A program made the position numbers and the translations under genes. The notes beneath the pieces were generated by a model that ran no database searches, was not told the origin of the DNA, and saw only the letters and a program-made list of their open reading frames with translations. A DNA stretch of 64,000 bases. Source: an uncultured delta proteobacterium (lineage in GTDB: Bacteria > Desulfobacterota > RBG-13-43-22). The DNA is taken from contig CAWJJC010000008.1 in assembly GCA_963843145.1 (NCBI GenBank), positions 29,311-93,310 on the forward strand, written 5' to 3'. Positions 31,671 to 41,975 of this stretch are shown in pieces (positions within the stretch are counted from its first letter, which is position 1; each line of letters opens with the position of its first letter).

Positions 31671-32645
31671 ATGACCCGCGCGATTGGACTTCTCTCGGGC
31701 GGCCTGGACAGCATGTTGGCCGCCCGCTTGATCAAAGACCAGAACATTGACGTCTTGGGGGTGGCCTTTGTAACCCCATTTTTCGGTCCCGAAAAAGCCC
31801 AACAGGCAGCCGATCGGCTACAGCTCCCGCTACGGGTCCTGGATATTACCCGGCCTCATTGGACCATGCTTCAGCAGCCCCGATACGGCTACGGCAAAGG
31901 GCTGAATCCCTGTATCGACTGCCACGCCCTGATGCTTCGCGAGGCCGGGAAACTCATGGAGTCCGTCGGCGCCGGCTTTTTATTCACCGGGGAAGTATTG
32001 GGGCAGCGGCCTTTTTCCCAGACCAGGCCTTCCCTGCGGGCGGTGGAAAAAACCTCCGGGTACCTGGATCTGATCTTGCGGCCCTTGAGCGCCCTGCTTT
32101 TACCGGAGACTCGTCCCGAGCGGGAAGGGCTGGTGGACCGGAGCCGGCTTCTGGATATCAGCGGCCGTTCGCGAAAACGGCAGATGGCCCTGGCTGAAAA
32201 TTACGGATTGACCGAATATCCGGCGCCGGCCGGCGGATGCCTGCTGACCGACCCGATTTTTTCCAGACGACTGAAGGAACTGCTGGCCCATTCCCCGGAA
32301 CCGGAGTTGAGGGAAATCGAATTGTTGAAAACAGGTCGGCATTTTCGCCTCCATTCCCGTCTGAAAATAATCGTCGGGCGCAACAAAAAGGAAAATGAGG
32401 CCATCGAAGGGCTGGCCGAGACCCAGGACCTGATGGCCCGTTGCCTTGGGTTTCCCGGTCCGCTGGTCCTGGCCGTGGGTTCCTCGACAGCGGAAGATTG
32501 GGAAAAAGCGGCGGATATGGCCGCCGCCTACAGCGATGCCCCCGAAGATCGAATGAGCTCGGTTCAATTGATCCAAAAAGACCGGACCTGGACGCAGAAG
32601 GTCCCCAAACTGCCCAAAGAAACCTTTAAACAGTGGTTGCTTTGA
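31671..32645 (+). CDS. ThiI/MnmA-like PP-loop tRNA sulfurtransferase with a DUF814-like C-terminus
   Basis: SGGLDS PP-loop, NPCIDCH, GEVLGQRP, PAGGCLLTD, GRHFR and GRNKKEN motifs. Confidence 0.85.
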   Translation: MTRAIGLLSGGLDSMLAARLIKDQNIDVLGVAFVTPFFGPEKAQQAADRLQLPLRVLDITRPHWTMLQQPRYGYGKGLNPCIDCHALMLREAGKLMESVGAGFLFTGEVLGQRPFSQTRPSLRAVEKTSGYLDLILRPLSALLLPETRPEREGLVDRSRLLDISGRSRKRQMALAENYGLTEYPAPAGGCLLTDPIFSRRLKELLAHSPEPELREIELLKTGRHFRLHSRLKIIVGRNKKENEAIEGLAETQDLMARCLGFPGPLVLAVGSSTAEDWEKAADMAAAYSDAPEDRMSSVQLIQKDRTWTQKVPKLPKETFKQWLL

Positions 32646-32708
32646 TTCCCTCCGAAGGGGCGACCGGCCGTTCACCCTTACGACCTGAGGTTTTACCGGC
32701 GAAATTCC

Positions 32709-33398
32709 ATGGCGATCATTGAGATCAAGGACGTTAGCAAGTGTTACGATACCGGCTCCTCTCGCGTCTGGGCCCTCCAGGGGTTCAGTCTTTCCATTCA
32801 GCCCGGGGAAGCGATCATCTTTTCCGGGAAGAGCGGTTGCGGCAAGACCACCTTGCTGAATCTGGTGGGCGGCCTGGATAAGCCCACCTCCGGAGAGGTT
32901 TGGGTGGGCCAAAGAAACATCGGGGTCCTTTCGGAAAAAGAGCGCACCCTTTATCGTCGCCGGGAAGTGGGCACCATCTTTCAATCCTTTAATCTCATCC
33001 CCATGTTGTCCGTTGAAGAAAATATTGCCCTCCCCCACTGGCTGGAGGGGTTTTCCACGGAACAAACCCGTGATCGGGTGGATACTTTGTTGGATCAACT
33101 GGGCCTGACGCCCCGCCGGAATCACCGGCCTTACGAACTTTCAGGCGGAGAACAACAACGGGTAGCCATCGCCCGGGCCTTGATCAATTCCCCCCGGGTC
33201 ATCCTGGCCGACGAACCAACCGGCAACCTGGATTCCCAGACCGGGTACCAGGTCTTATCCATCCTGTCCGATTTAAATCGCGCCCAGGGACAAACCCTTT
33301 TAATTGCCACCCATTCCCGGGAAGCCGATTCCCTGGCCAGTCGAATCATAACGCTTAAAGATGGACAAATTCTCGAAATCAGAGGTTATCAAAGGTAA
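32709..33398 (+). CDS. ABC transporter ATP-binding protein, LolD/MacB-like
   Basis: GKSGCGKTT, LSGGEQQR and LADEPTGNLD motifs. Confidence 0.93.
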   Translation: MAIIEIKDVSKCYDTGSSRVWALQGFSLSIQPGEAIIFSGKSGCGKTTLLNLVGGLDKPTSGEVWVGQRNIGVLSEKERTLYRRREVGTIFQSFNLIPMLSVEENIALPHWLEGFSTEQTRDRVDTLLDQLGLTPRRNHRPYELSGGEQQRVAIARALINSPRVILADEPTGNLDSQTGYQVLSILSDLNRAQGQTLLIATHSREADSLASRIITLKDGQILEIRGYQR

Positions 33399-33404
33399 GG
33401 TCAA

Positions 33405-34433
33405 ATGAAAAAAGTCAAGGTTAAGAAAGCGGTCGGTCTGGTCTTGGGCCACGACCTGACCCGGATCATCCCCGGCCAATTCAAGGGCGTGGCTTTCAAA
33501 AAAGGTCATATCATTCGCGAGGAGGATATCCCCGCCCTGCTGGACTTAGGGAAAGAAACCATTTTTGTTTTGGATATCCTCCCGGGGACCCTTCACGAGA
33601 ACGAAGCGGCCCAGCGTCTGGCCGAGGCCCTGATGGGGGAACATCTCTTCTTGCAGGGCCCGGCTGAAGGAAAAATCAGCTTGGTGGCCCAAACCAAAGG
33701 CCTCCTGAAAATTCAAGTTCCGGCCCTGAACCGCATCAACCTGATCCCGCAGATCATCGTTTCCACCCTCCACAACCATACGGTCTGCCGCGAAGGGGAT
33801 GTGGCCGCCGCCACCCGCATCATACCGCTGACCATCGCTGAAAAAAGTATCCTGCGGGCTGAACGAATCTGCGCCCAGGCCGGACCGGTGGTCGCCATCC
33901 AACCCTTGGCCGTTAAAAAAGTGGGCGTAGTGGTGACCGGGTCGGAAGTCTTTTCCGGGCGGGTAAAAAACGGCTTTGATCAGTGGGTAGGAAATAAGTT
34001 AACCGACTACGGCTGCACGATCATAAAACAAGTGACCGTCCCCGATAAACGGCCCTTAATCTCCGGGGCCATCCGGGAATTGATCGAGTTGGGCTGCGAT
34101 CTGATCGTAACCACCGGCGGCATGTCCATCGACCCCGACGACGTAACCCGCAAGGGAATCCGTCAAGCCGGGGCCAAGATCATTTTTTATGGCACCCCGG
34201 TTTTGCCCGGGGCCATGTTTCTCTATGCCCGGGTGGGGGAGATCCCGTTACTGGGACTGCCGGCCTGTGTCTTTTACCATCAGGTAACTTTGTTTGACCT
34301 CATCCTGCCGCTGATCTTAGCCGGCGAACAGCCCACCAGAAAAGAAATCGCCGCCCTGGGTCACGGCGGGCTCTGCCGGAACTGTCCGGAATGCCGCTAC
34401 CCTGTTTGTCCATTCGGCAAAGGAGGTTATTAG
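33405..34433 (+). CDS. Molybdopterin-binding (MoeA-like) protein with a C-terminal Cys cluster
   Basis: TGSEV, TGGMSIDPDD, PVLPGAM and HGGLCRNCPECRYPVCPFGK motifs. Confidence 0.88.
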   Translation: MKKVKVKKAVGLVLGHDLTRIIPGQFKGVAFKKGHIIREEDIPALLDLGKETIFVLDILPGTLHENEAAQRLAEALMGEHLFLQGPAEGKISLVAQTKGLLKIQVPALNRINLIPQIIVSTLHNHTVCREGDVAAATRIIPLTIAEKSILRAERICAQAGPVVAIQPLAVKKVGVVVTGSEVFSGRVKNGFDQWVGNKLTDYGCTIIKQVTVPDKRPLISGAIRELIELGCDLIVTTGGMSIDPDDVTRKGIRQAGAKIIFYGTPVLPGAMFLYARVGEIPLLGLPACVFYHQVTLFDLILPLILAGEQPTRKEIAALGHGGLCRNCPECRYPVCPFGKGGY

Positions 34434-34434
34434 C

Positions 34435-35235
34435 ATGAACTTATCGGGTCTGAGGGTGCTTATTCGCGGGGCGGGAGAGATGGCCAGCGGGGTGGCTTGG
34501 CGCCTTTTTCAGTCTCATTTCCAGATCCTCTTGACCGAGATCCCGCAACCCCTGGCTGTGCGCCGGGGGGTTTCCTTTTGCGAAGCGGTTTACGAAGGGA
34601 GCCAGTCCGTGGAGGGGGTTGAGGCCGTCCGCATCCAACTCCTGGAGGAGTGCGCCGCGGTCTGGCGGAGCCATCGGATCCCGTTGCTGATTGACCCCGA
34701 GCTTTCCCAGGCCTTCAAGCTGAAACCGCAGGTCTTGGTGGACGCCATCCTGGCCAAGAAAAATCTCGGGACCCGGATCACCGACGCCCCTCTGGTTATC
34801 GGGCTGGGCCCCGGGTTTCGGGCCGGGATTGATGCCCACCTGGTGGTGGAAACCCAGCGCGGTCATAATCTGGGGCGTCTGTATAGCCAAGGCGAAGCGG
34901 AGCCGGACACCGGGGTTCCAGGGACCATCGGCGGGTTTTCAGGAGAACGGGTTTTACGAGCGCCGGTGGCCGGAATTATAAATCCCTTGAAGGCCATTGG
35001 GGATGGAGTGGAAGCGGGGGAAGTGGTGGCGGAAGTGGACGGGGTCCCTGTCCTGGCCCGGATCCCCGGGGTTCTCCGCGGGCTGATCCGCAAGGGGACT
35101 CCGGTTACCGCGGGGCTCAAGATCGGGGATGTGGACCCGCGGGGGATCCCTCTTTATTACCAGACCATTTCGGAAAAGGCCCGGTCTATTGCCGGGGCGG
35201 TCCTGGAAGGCATTTTACGGCGGTTCAATCAATAA
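34435..35235 (+). CDS. yqeB: Selenium-dependent molybdenum cofactor biosynthesis protein YqeB
   Basis: RGAGEMASG, DAILAKKN, ETQRGHNLG, KIGDVDPRG and ISEKARSIAG motifs. Confidence 0.92.
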   Translation: MNLSGLRVLIRGAGEMASGVAWRLFQSHFQILLTEIPQPLAVRRGVSFCEAVYEGSQSVEGVEAVRIQLLEECAAVWRSHRIPLLIDPELSQAFKLKPQVLVDAILAKKNLGTRITDAPLVIGLGPGFRAGIDAHLVVETQRGHNLGRLYSQGEAEPDTGVPGTIGGFSGERVLRAPVAGIINPLKAIGDGVEAGEVVAEVDGVPVLARIPGVLRGLIRKGTPVTAGLKIGDVDPRGIPLYYQTISEKARSIAGAVLEGILRRFNQ

Positions 35236-35279
35236 CCTCTGCCTCCCTTAGCGAAGCCTTAGCCCTGGGCCCCAGGGAA

Positions 35280-36002
35280 TTGATCAGCCTGGTCGGGGCC
35301 GGCGGCAAAACCACGTTGATGTTCGCCCTGGCCGGGGAACTTCGGGCCCGAAACCGACGGGTTATCACCACGACTACCACCAAAATTTATCCCCCAGCGC
35401 CGGAAGAATCCCCTCGACTGCTTTTGGGGGGATCGGAAGTTCTTCCGATCCTTGAGGGGGAATTGATCCACTACGGCCATATCACCTGGGCTGCCGGGCG
35501 GAGCGCCGAGAATAAACTCCTCGGTGGTTCGCTGGCCGACTTGGCTCATCTCTGGGCCCGGGGTTGGGCTGACTATCTGATCGTGGAAGCCGACGGTTCG
35601 GCCCGGCGTCCGATTAAGGCCCCCGGCCAAAACGAACCGCAGGTTCCTCCGGAATCCACCTGTTTCATTTCCGTCTTCGGTCTTTCCGCCCTCGGACAAC
35701 CGTTAAATTCGACCTGGGCCTTCCGCCCGGAAATAATCAACCGCCTGACCGGTATTCATCTTGAAAACCCGATTGCGGTCGAAGGCCTGGCGAACCTGGC
35801 CACGCACCCTCTGGGAGGGCTCAAGGGCTGGAAGCCTGGAATGAAGGCCCTGGTCTTCTTGAATCAAATGGATTCCCAAGCCGATATCCACCCCCTCCGG
35901 CATCTGGCTGAGTCCATCCTCAGGAAAGGGGATGGACGGATCGAGCGGGTTATCCTCGGCCAAATAAAACCGAAAAAACGCTTAATCGTCACCCAATGGT
36001 AA
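35280..36002 (+). CDS. yqeC: Selenium cofactor biosynthesis protein YqeC (true start may be about 35232)
   Basis: LVGAGGKTT, TTTTKI and VEADGSARRPIKAP motifs. Confidence 0.9.
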   Translation: MISLVGAGGKTTLMFALAGELRARNRRVITTTTTKIYPPAPEESPRLLLGGSEVLPILEGELIHYGHITWAAGRSAENKLLGGSLADLAHLWARGWADYLIVEADGSARRPIKAPGQNEPQVPPESTCFISVFGLSALGQPLNSTWAFRPEIINRLTGIHLENPIAVEGLANLATHPLGGLKGWKPGMKALVFLNQMDSQADIHPLRHLAESILRKGDGRIERVILGQIKPKKRLIVTQW

Positions 36003-36083
36003 CCTGTCGCCGCTACGGTCTATCAGGAGTAATTTTTATGGACAGAACGGAGAACAGGTTATAAAATGACAAAAATATCAACC

Positions 36084-36764
36084 ATGTCAAAAATATTGAT
36101 TGTTGAGGACGATCCGGATATCCGGGAACTGCTCCGCTTTAATCTGGAGAAAGCGGGGTATACGCTTTTCCTGGCCGAGGACGGGGAAAAGGCCCTCACC
36201 CTGGCCCGCAAACATTCCCCGGATATCGTCCTCCTGGACCTGATGCTGCCCGGGGTGGATGGACTGGAGGTCTGCCGCACACTGAAACAGGACCCGGAGT
36301 TGCAACGAATCCCCATCATTATGGTGACGGCCAAAGGGGAAGAGCTGGACCGGGTGGTGGGCCTGGAACTCGGAGCCGACGATTACGTGGTCAAACCCTT
36401 CAGCCTCCGGGAAGTGGTACTGCGAATCCGAAAATTATTGGAGCGAAGGGAAAAGCAAGCGGCCCCAGCTATCCTCAAAGCGGACCCTCTGGTCCTGGAT
36501 CTGGACGCGCATACCGCCCGGCTGGATGATCAAATATTGGAATTAACGGCCACGGAATTCCGTCTCCTGGTCTATCTCCTGCGCCACCGGGGGAGGGTCC
36601 AGACCCGGGAAATGCTTTTGGATCGAGTCTGGGGGTATTCCTTCGAGGGGTATGGCCGCACGATCGATACCCATATCCGCCGGGTTCGGAAAAAAATGGG
36701 GGAGGCCCAAAATCTGATTGAAACCGTCCGCGGAGTCGGCTACCGATTTCAGGCACTGGAATAA
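36084..36764 (+). CDS. phoB: PhoB/PhoP-type response regulator
   Basis: Receiver domain plus OmpR wHTH (ETVRGVGY); next to phoR and pst genes. Confidence 0.88.
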   Translation: MSKILIVEDDPDIRELLRFNLEKAGYTLFLAEDGEKALTLARKHSPDIVLLDLMLPGVDGLEVCRTLKQDPELQRIPIIMVTAKGEELDRVVGLELGADDYVVKPFSLREVVLRIRKLLERREKQAAPAILKADPLVLDLDAHTARLDDQILELTATEFRLLVYLLRHRGRVQTREMLLDRVWGYSFEGYGRTIDTHIRRVRKKMGEAQNLIETVRGVGYRFQALE

Positions 36765-36775
36765 TCGCGTTTCTT

Positions 36776-38560
36776 ATGTGGCTCAAACGTTACTGGAAAT
36801 ATTTCGGGCTGTTTGTTTTATGCGCCGGGGTGATGATCGCCCTGGTCTCCTCCCATTTGAGTTCCAACCTTCGCTCCCAGCTCCTGGATCAACTTAAGCA
36901 GGAATTAAGAAAAGACCTGAACCATACCGCCCAATCCCTTCAAGGTCCCCTTCTCCAGTTTCCAATGGATAGGACCCGGCTCGATCGGTTGGCCGGGGAA
37001 GTCGCGCGGAATAGGGGCGAAAGGACCTCGGTCATCTCAGCCGACGGTCGCTTGCTGTGGGATTCCGCCCGGGAACCCCAACGGTTGGATCTGACCGATG
37101 ATTACAGCCATCGGCCCGAAATCATTATGGCCCGGGAAAAAGGCTACGGGGAAATCATCCGCCATAGTCCTTTCATGAATATCACCGCTCTGTTTGCCGC
37201 CGTACCCGTTTACCGGGATAAAACCCTGATCGGTTTTGTCCGTCGGGCCCGATCCTTGATGACGGTGGAGGACACGGTTCGGTTTTTTCGCCAGAAGGTG
37301 ATTCTTTTGGCCGGACTCGTGGGTCTGCTCTCTCTCCTTTTTGGGGTCTTTCTTCTCTGGTGGATGAATCAACCTCTGAAGGAAATCACCGTCATGGCGG
37401 AACAGATGGCCGAAGGCCATTTGAAGCAACCCCTTCATCTGTTCCCCCAGAGTGAGTTCACCCCCCTGGCCCTTTCCCTGGAAAAAATGTCCCGCGACTT
37501 GCGGGGCAAACTGGACCTGCTGGACGCCGAAACCAGCCGATTACGGGCCATCCTTCTGGCCATGCGGGAAGGGGTCCTGGTGACCAATGAAAGAGGGTTG
37601 ATCACGCTGATCAACCCCTTCCTGCGGAACCTCCTGGGCGGAAAGATCCAGTGGGAAAATAGAACCGTCCAGGAAATCTTCATGAACGCCGAATTGCAGA
37701 ATGGCGTGGATGCCATCCTCCAGGGGGAATCGTTCCACCGCCTGCAGATTAGTCTGGGATGGGAGTCCCCCCGTTTCTTTGAGGTCCAAATCGTGCCCTT
37801 GATCTCGGTTCAATTACCCCAGGGCGCCGTGGTCATTTTTCATGACATTACCGATCTCAAACACCTGCTCAAAGTCCGACAGGATTTTGTGGCCAACGCC
37901 TCCCATGAACTGCGGACCCCCTTGACGGCCATCAATGGCGCCTTGGAAACCCTACTGGCCATTCTTCCCACGCCAGACCAGGATACCGCCAAGTTCTTTA
38001 CCATCCTTCAGAAAAATGTTCGGAGAATGAACTACCTCGTTTCCGATCTACTGGATTTGGCCAAATTGGAAGGACAGGAACGGGCGGAGATGTTCTTGGA
38101 CGAAGTCGACGTGGCGGAAGTCTTAAAATCGGCCCTCCATTCCGTTTCGGATCTCGCCCAGGAAAAAAACATTACCTTGACTCCGGACCTGTCCGGCATT
38201 TCCGAAGGATGTTCCTTGTTCTGGGAGCGGGACCGGGTGCAACAGGCGGTTTTCAACCTGCTGGACAATGCCGTTAAGTATACCCCGCCCGGAGGAAAGG
38301 TTGACTTGTCCGCCCGGGAAGCCGATAAATCTCTGGTGATCTCCGTAACCGATACCGGACTGGGCATACCCAAGGAACACCTGGCTCGTATTTTCGAGCG
38401 CTTCTATCGAGTGGATCGGGATCGATCCCGGGAAATGGGCGGCACCGGCCTGGGCCTATCTATCGTCAAACACATCGTCGAAGCCCATAAGGGGACCGTC
38501 GAGGCCCAGAGCGAACTGGGTCGGGGTTCCACCTTCACCCTGACCTTTCCAAAAAAATGA
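36776..38560 (+). CDS. phoR: PhoR-type sensor histidine kinase (HAMP-PAS-HisKA-HATPase)
   Basis: FVANASHELRTP, NLLDNAVKY and RFYRVDRDRSREMGGTGLGL motifs. Confidence 0.9.
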   Translation: MWLKRYWKYFGLFVLCAGVMIALVSSHLSSNLRSQLLDQLKQELRKDLNHTAQSLQGPLLQFPMDRTRLDRLAGEVARNRGERTSVISADGRLLWDSAREPQRLDLTDDYSHRPEIIMAREKGYGEIIRHSPFMNITALFAAVPVYRDKTLIGFVRRARSLMTVEDTVRFFRQKVILLAGLVGLLSLLFGVFLLWWMNQPLKEITVMAEQMAEGHLKQPLHLFPQSEFTPLALSLEKMSRDLRGKLDLLDAETSRLRAILLAMREGVLVTNERGLITLINPFLRNLLGGKIQWENRTVQEIFMNAELQNGVDAILQGESFHRLQISLGWESPRFFEVQIVPLISVQLPQGAVVIFHDITDLKHLLKVRQDFVANASHELRTPLTAINGALETLLAILPTPDQDTAKFFTILQKNVRRMNYLVSDLLDLAKLEGQERAEMFLDEVDVAEVLKSALHSVSDLAQEKNITLTPDLSGISEGCSLFWERDRVQQAVFNLLDNAVKYTPPGGKVDLSAREADKSLVISVTDTGLGIPKEHLARIFERFYRVDRDRSREMGGTGLGLSIVKHIVEAHKGTVEAQSELGRGSTFTLTFPKK

Positions 38561-38649
38561 AAAAAGGCCCGGGGTTGAACATCCCGGGCCTTTTTTCTGC
38601 AACTTTTATAAAAGAATGGTCCGGTGTCTTTCCCGGACCATTCTTTTAT
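38560..38649. terminator. Two tandem bidirectional intrinsic terminators between convergent genes
   Basis: AAAAAGGCCCGGG..CCCGGGCCTTTTTT and AAAAGAATGGTCCGG..CCGGACCATTCTTTT. Confidence 0.85.
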
Positions 38650-39939
38650 TTAGAACTTATACTGAAAGCCTATCTGGTACATGTTGCTGTCGCCCGTCTT
38701 GGGATTTTCATTGTCGGTCCGTTCCCAGGCCATATAGGGCATGAACTCTTTGGTCAGGTCGTAGGAGATACCGGCGATATAAGTCGTTACTCCATCATTG
38801 GATACGTCTTTATTGGGGTCGTAGTAATCCACTTTGCCGAAGAGCCGCATCTTTTCGGCCCCGGGGATCCGCACAAAACCGGCGGCCACCCAACCGCTGC
38901 GGTCATTGTCCTCGGTTGAGTTCTTGGTCCCTTTGCCCCAGTAATATTGGCCCATCAGGGTGAACCACTTGTGCTGGTAGGAGAGCTGGCCGATGTTGAT
39001 CTGCCAGTCCGGAAAATCGTTGGTTTTTCCGTTGGCGGTGAAGTTTTTGTCGCTCTGCCCGTAGCTCCCCACGTAGGCCAACTGGAGCCCCTTCATCTGG
39101 TCGATGTTGGGCAGGGGCCGGAAGTAGACCAGACCGGAAATCACTTTATTGTTGTTGTTATCCCCCGGGTTGTCGTACCCCGGGCCGTTGTACACGCCGA
39201 CCTGGTAGCCGCCCCATTTCCCATCGTAATTATTGGAACCGTAGTAGTTCTTCTTGTCCACTGTCGGCCCAAAGGGTCCCAGAATGCCGACACCGTAATC
39301 CGCTGAGGCCTGGATGCCGTGACGGTCCAGGAAGTGCTTGCCCTGGACCCGGTAGGGCCAGATGTCGGAATCGTACATGTCCGACGCGTTGTGGATCAGA
39401 CCGAGTTCCGTGGTGGTGCCGCCCAAGTAGAGCTGGGCCATGGCATACTTCATCCTGACTTCCAAGCCGTTACCGACGTCGTTGGCGTCCTTGGAAGTAA
39501 AGATGTCGGTGGTGGCATTGAAGCCCAGCCAGGGAGTGACCTTCTTCTTGAAGGTCAGGTAGAGCCGGTTCAGCAGGAACTGGTTCTGGGTCTTGCCACC
39601 TTCCGTATCCTTCAGGTTATACTCGGCAAACATGGTGGTGCTGAACCCGAAGTCCTTCAAGGCCTTCGGCAGATAGGATCCTTTTTCGCCTTCCTTCTTG
39701 ATCTCTTCCTTCAGCTCCGCCTTCTCTGCCTGGGCCTGTTTACGGGCCTCTTTCATCAGCCCGTCCGCCTCTTCCTGGGTCAGGACGCCTTTTTGCTTCA
39801 AGAGGTTGATCAGGTGCAGGGCGTCGACTTCGCCCGCCTGGACCTGATGCCGGCTCCCCAGAAACCCCAGGAACCCAAAAATCATTAACCACAAACAAAT
39901 CTTTCTCCTCATCATGCCTTCTCCTTTCTCTTTCCCCAT
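38650..39939 (-). CDS. Outer-membrane porin, probably phosphate-related
   Basis: Signal peptide, N-terminal coiled coil, amphipathic beta-strands, terminal YKF; divergent from pstS with Pho boxes. Confidence 0.75.
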   Translation of the reverse strand: MGKEKGEGMMRRKICLWLMIFGFLGFLGSRHQVQAGEVDALHLINLLKQKGVLTQEEADGLMKEARKQAQAEKAELKEEIKKEGEKGSYLPKALKDFGFSTTMFAEYNLKDTEGGKTQNQFLLNRLYLTFKKKVTPWLGFNATTDIFTSKDANDVGNGLEVRMKYAMAQLYLGGTTTELGLIHNASDMYDSDIWPYRVQGKHFLDRHGIQASADYGVGILGPFGPTVDKKNYYGSNNYDGKWGGYQVGVYNGPGYDNPGDNNNNKVISGLVYFRPLPNIDQMKGLQLAYVGSYGQSDKNFTANGKTNDFPDWQINIGQLSYQHKWFTLMGQYYWGKGTKNSTEDNDRSGWVAAGFVRIPGAEKMRLFGKVDYYDPNKDVSNDGVTTYIAGISYDLTKEFMPYMAWERTDNENPKTGDSNMYQIGFQYKF

Positions 39940-39991
39940 GGAAATTTTCCCTTTCGCAGGGCTATTGGGAAGGAGACTGTAGTCGCCTCAG

Positions 39992-40031
39992 GTTACAAAA
40001 GGGTGAAGGCTGGATGAAAAAAGGGTGACAC
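39992..40031 (-). promoter_or_regulatory. Pho-box array upstream of the porin
   Basis: Four 7-mers at 11-bp period: GTGTCAC, TTTTCAT, CCTTCAC, TTGTAAC. Confidence 0.7.
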
Positions 40032-40070
40032 TTTCGATCGGAAAGGTAAGGCGAAAAGTCCTCCTCGGAA

Positions 40071-40110
40071 ATGTAATCTGTTCTTCATCGTATTGTAACA
40101 GAACTGTAAC
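40071..40110 (+). promoter_or_regulatory. Pho-box array upstream of pstS
   Basis: Four 7-mers at 11-bp period: ATGTAAT, TCTTCAT, TTGTAAC, CTGTAAC. Confidence 0.75.
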
Positions 40111-40159
40111 AATCAAGAACTTAACATCATTATTATAAATAATTAAGGAGGATGACCAC

Positions 40160-41061
40160 ATGAAGAAAAAGATATTGACCGTATTTGACCACCGGGCTGC
40201 TGCTGGGTCTCTGGATGCTTAACCGTCCAGGCCGAGGCCAAAACTTTCTTGCAGGTGAAAGGTTCGGACACGGAAGTAAACCTTGTTCAGCGTTTGGCGG
40301 AAAATTATATGAAGAAAGACTCCAATACGAGCATCGCCGTAACGGGCGGGGGATCGGGCGTCGGAATTGCCGCCATTATCAACAAGACGACCGATCTTTG
40401 CAACGCCTCCCGCCCCATGAAGGACTCGGAAATCGCCCAAGCCAAGGCCAACGGCGTCAATCCTGTCGGGGTGGCCTTTGCCGTGGACGGCCTCTCGGTG
40501 ATCGTCAACGCCAAGAATCCCCTCAAACACCTGACGACTGACCTGATCGGGCAGATTTACCGGGGGGAGATTTCCAACTGGAAGCAACTGGGGGGACCGG
40601 ATTCCGCTATCACCCTCTACGGACGCCAGCCGAATTCCGGGACCTTCGTCTTCTTTCGCGAACACATCGTCAAAAGCGATTATTCCAACAAAATGGACCA
40701 GATGAACGGCAACGCCCAGATCCTGGAAGCGGTCAAGAAAGACGCCGGCGGGATCGGCTACGTGGGGATCGGCTACGTGGTGGATGACGCCGGAAAAGTC
40801 GTGGCCGGCATCAACGTCCTGGAAGTGGCCAAAGACAGCCGCAGCACTCCGGCTTCCCCTCTAAAGCTGGAAAACATCCTCAACGGCTCTTACCCTATCA
40901 CCCGGCCGCTGTATCAGTATTTTGACAAGAATAATCAGGCCAAGGTCGAAGGGTTCATCAAGTACGAGCTCAGCCCGGAAGGCCTGGCCATCACCAAGAA
41001 GGACGGCTTTTATCCCTTGACCGCTCAATGGAAAAAATACAATGCCCAATTCGGCTTCTAA
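40160..41061 (+). CDS. pstS: Phosphate ABC transporter substrate-binding protein (frameshift in the signal region)
   Basis: AAGGAGG RBS; KGSDT, GGGSGVG, SGTFVFF and YPITRPLY motifs. Confidence 0.92.
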
Positions 41062-41077
41062 CGGCGCTACCCTGGAT

Positions 41078-41975
41078 ATGCCCGGAATGAACAGGAACTG
41101 GCGGCAATTTCAGGATGCCTCCATTCACCGTTTTTTTCAGTTCAACGGGATACTGTCCATCCTGATCCTTCTGGGTATCTTCTTTATTCTCTTTAAGGAC
41201 GGGCTGCCGGCCCTGCGTGAACTGGGGGCCGCCAGCTTCATTCACATGACCTGGAACCCCACCTCCTTCGTGCTGGAAACCTACGGCATGGGGGCCATGA
41301 TCATCAGCACCCTGATGGTCACCTTTCTGGCCCTCCTCTTTGCCGTCCCGGTCGGCCTGGGCTGCGCGGCCTATCTTTCAGAAGTAGCCCCGAACTGGGT
41401 CCGTGAAATTCTGAAGCCGGTCATCGAAGTCCTGGCCGGGATCCCTTCGGTGGTCTTGGGGTTTCTGGGGATCGTCATCGTCGGCCCCTGGATCGCCCGG
41501 GTCTTCCACCTCCCTAACGGCCTGAACGCCCTCAATGGGGCCATCCTGCTGGCGGTAATGAGCCTGCCCACCATCATCAGCATCTCCGAGGATGCCATCT
41601 CCTCGGTGCCCCGGGCCTACAAAGAGGCCTCTCTGGCCCTGGGGGCCTCCAAGTGGCAGACCCTGATCCGGGTCGTGGTCCCCTCGGCCCTTTCCGGGAT
41701 CATTGCTTCGGTCATGCTCGGCATGGGACGGGCCATCGGCGAAACCATGACCGTCCTCATGGCCACCGGGAAATGCCTTGAAAACCCCCACCCATATTCT
41801 GGAGGCGGTGCGCACCATGACCGCCACCATCGCCATCGAACTAGGGGAGGTTCCGTTCGGTTCGGAGCATTATCACGGGTTGTTTGTCATCGGTTTCGTC
41901 CTGTTCATCATGACCTTTCTAGTCAACCTGGTCGCCGATATCGTCCTGGCCAAATACCAGGAAGTGGAACGATAG
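41078..41975 (+). CDS. pstC: Phosphate ABC transporter permease PstC (frameshift near 41772)
   Basis: LAGIPSVV and GRAIGETM; C-terminus lies in ORF 41778..41975. Confidence 0.9.

Noticed and set aside
33405-36002. Selenoproteins in the yqeB/yqeC operon
   Set aside because: No in-frame TGA at a conserved Cys position was seen
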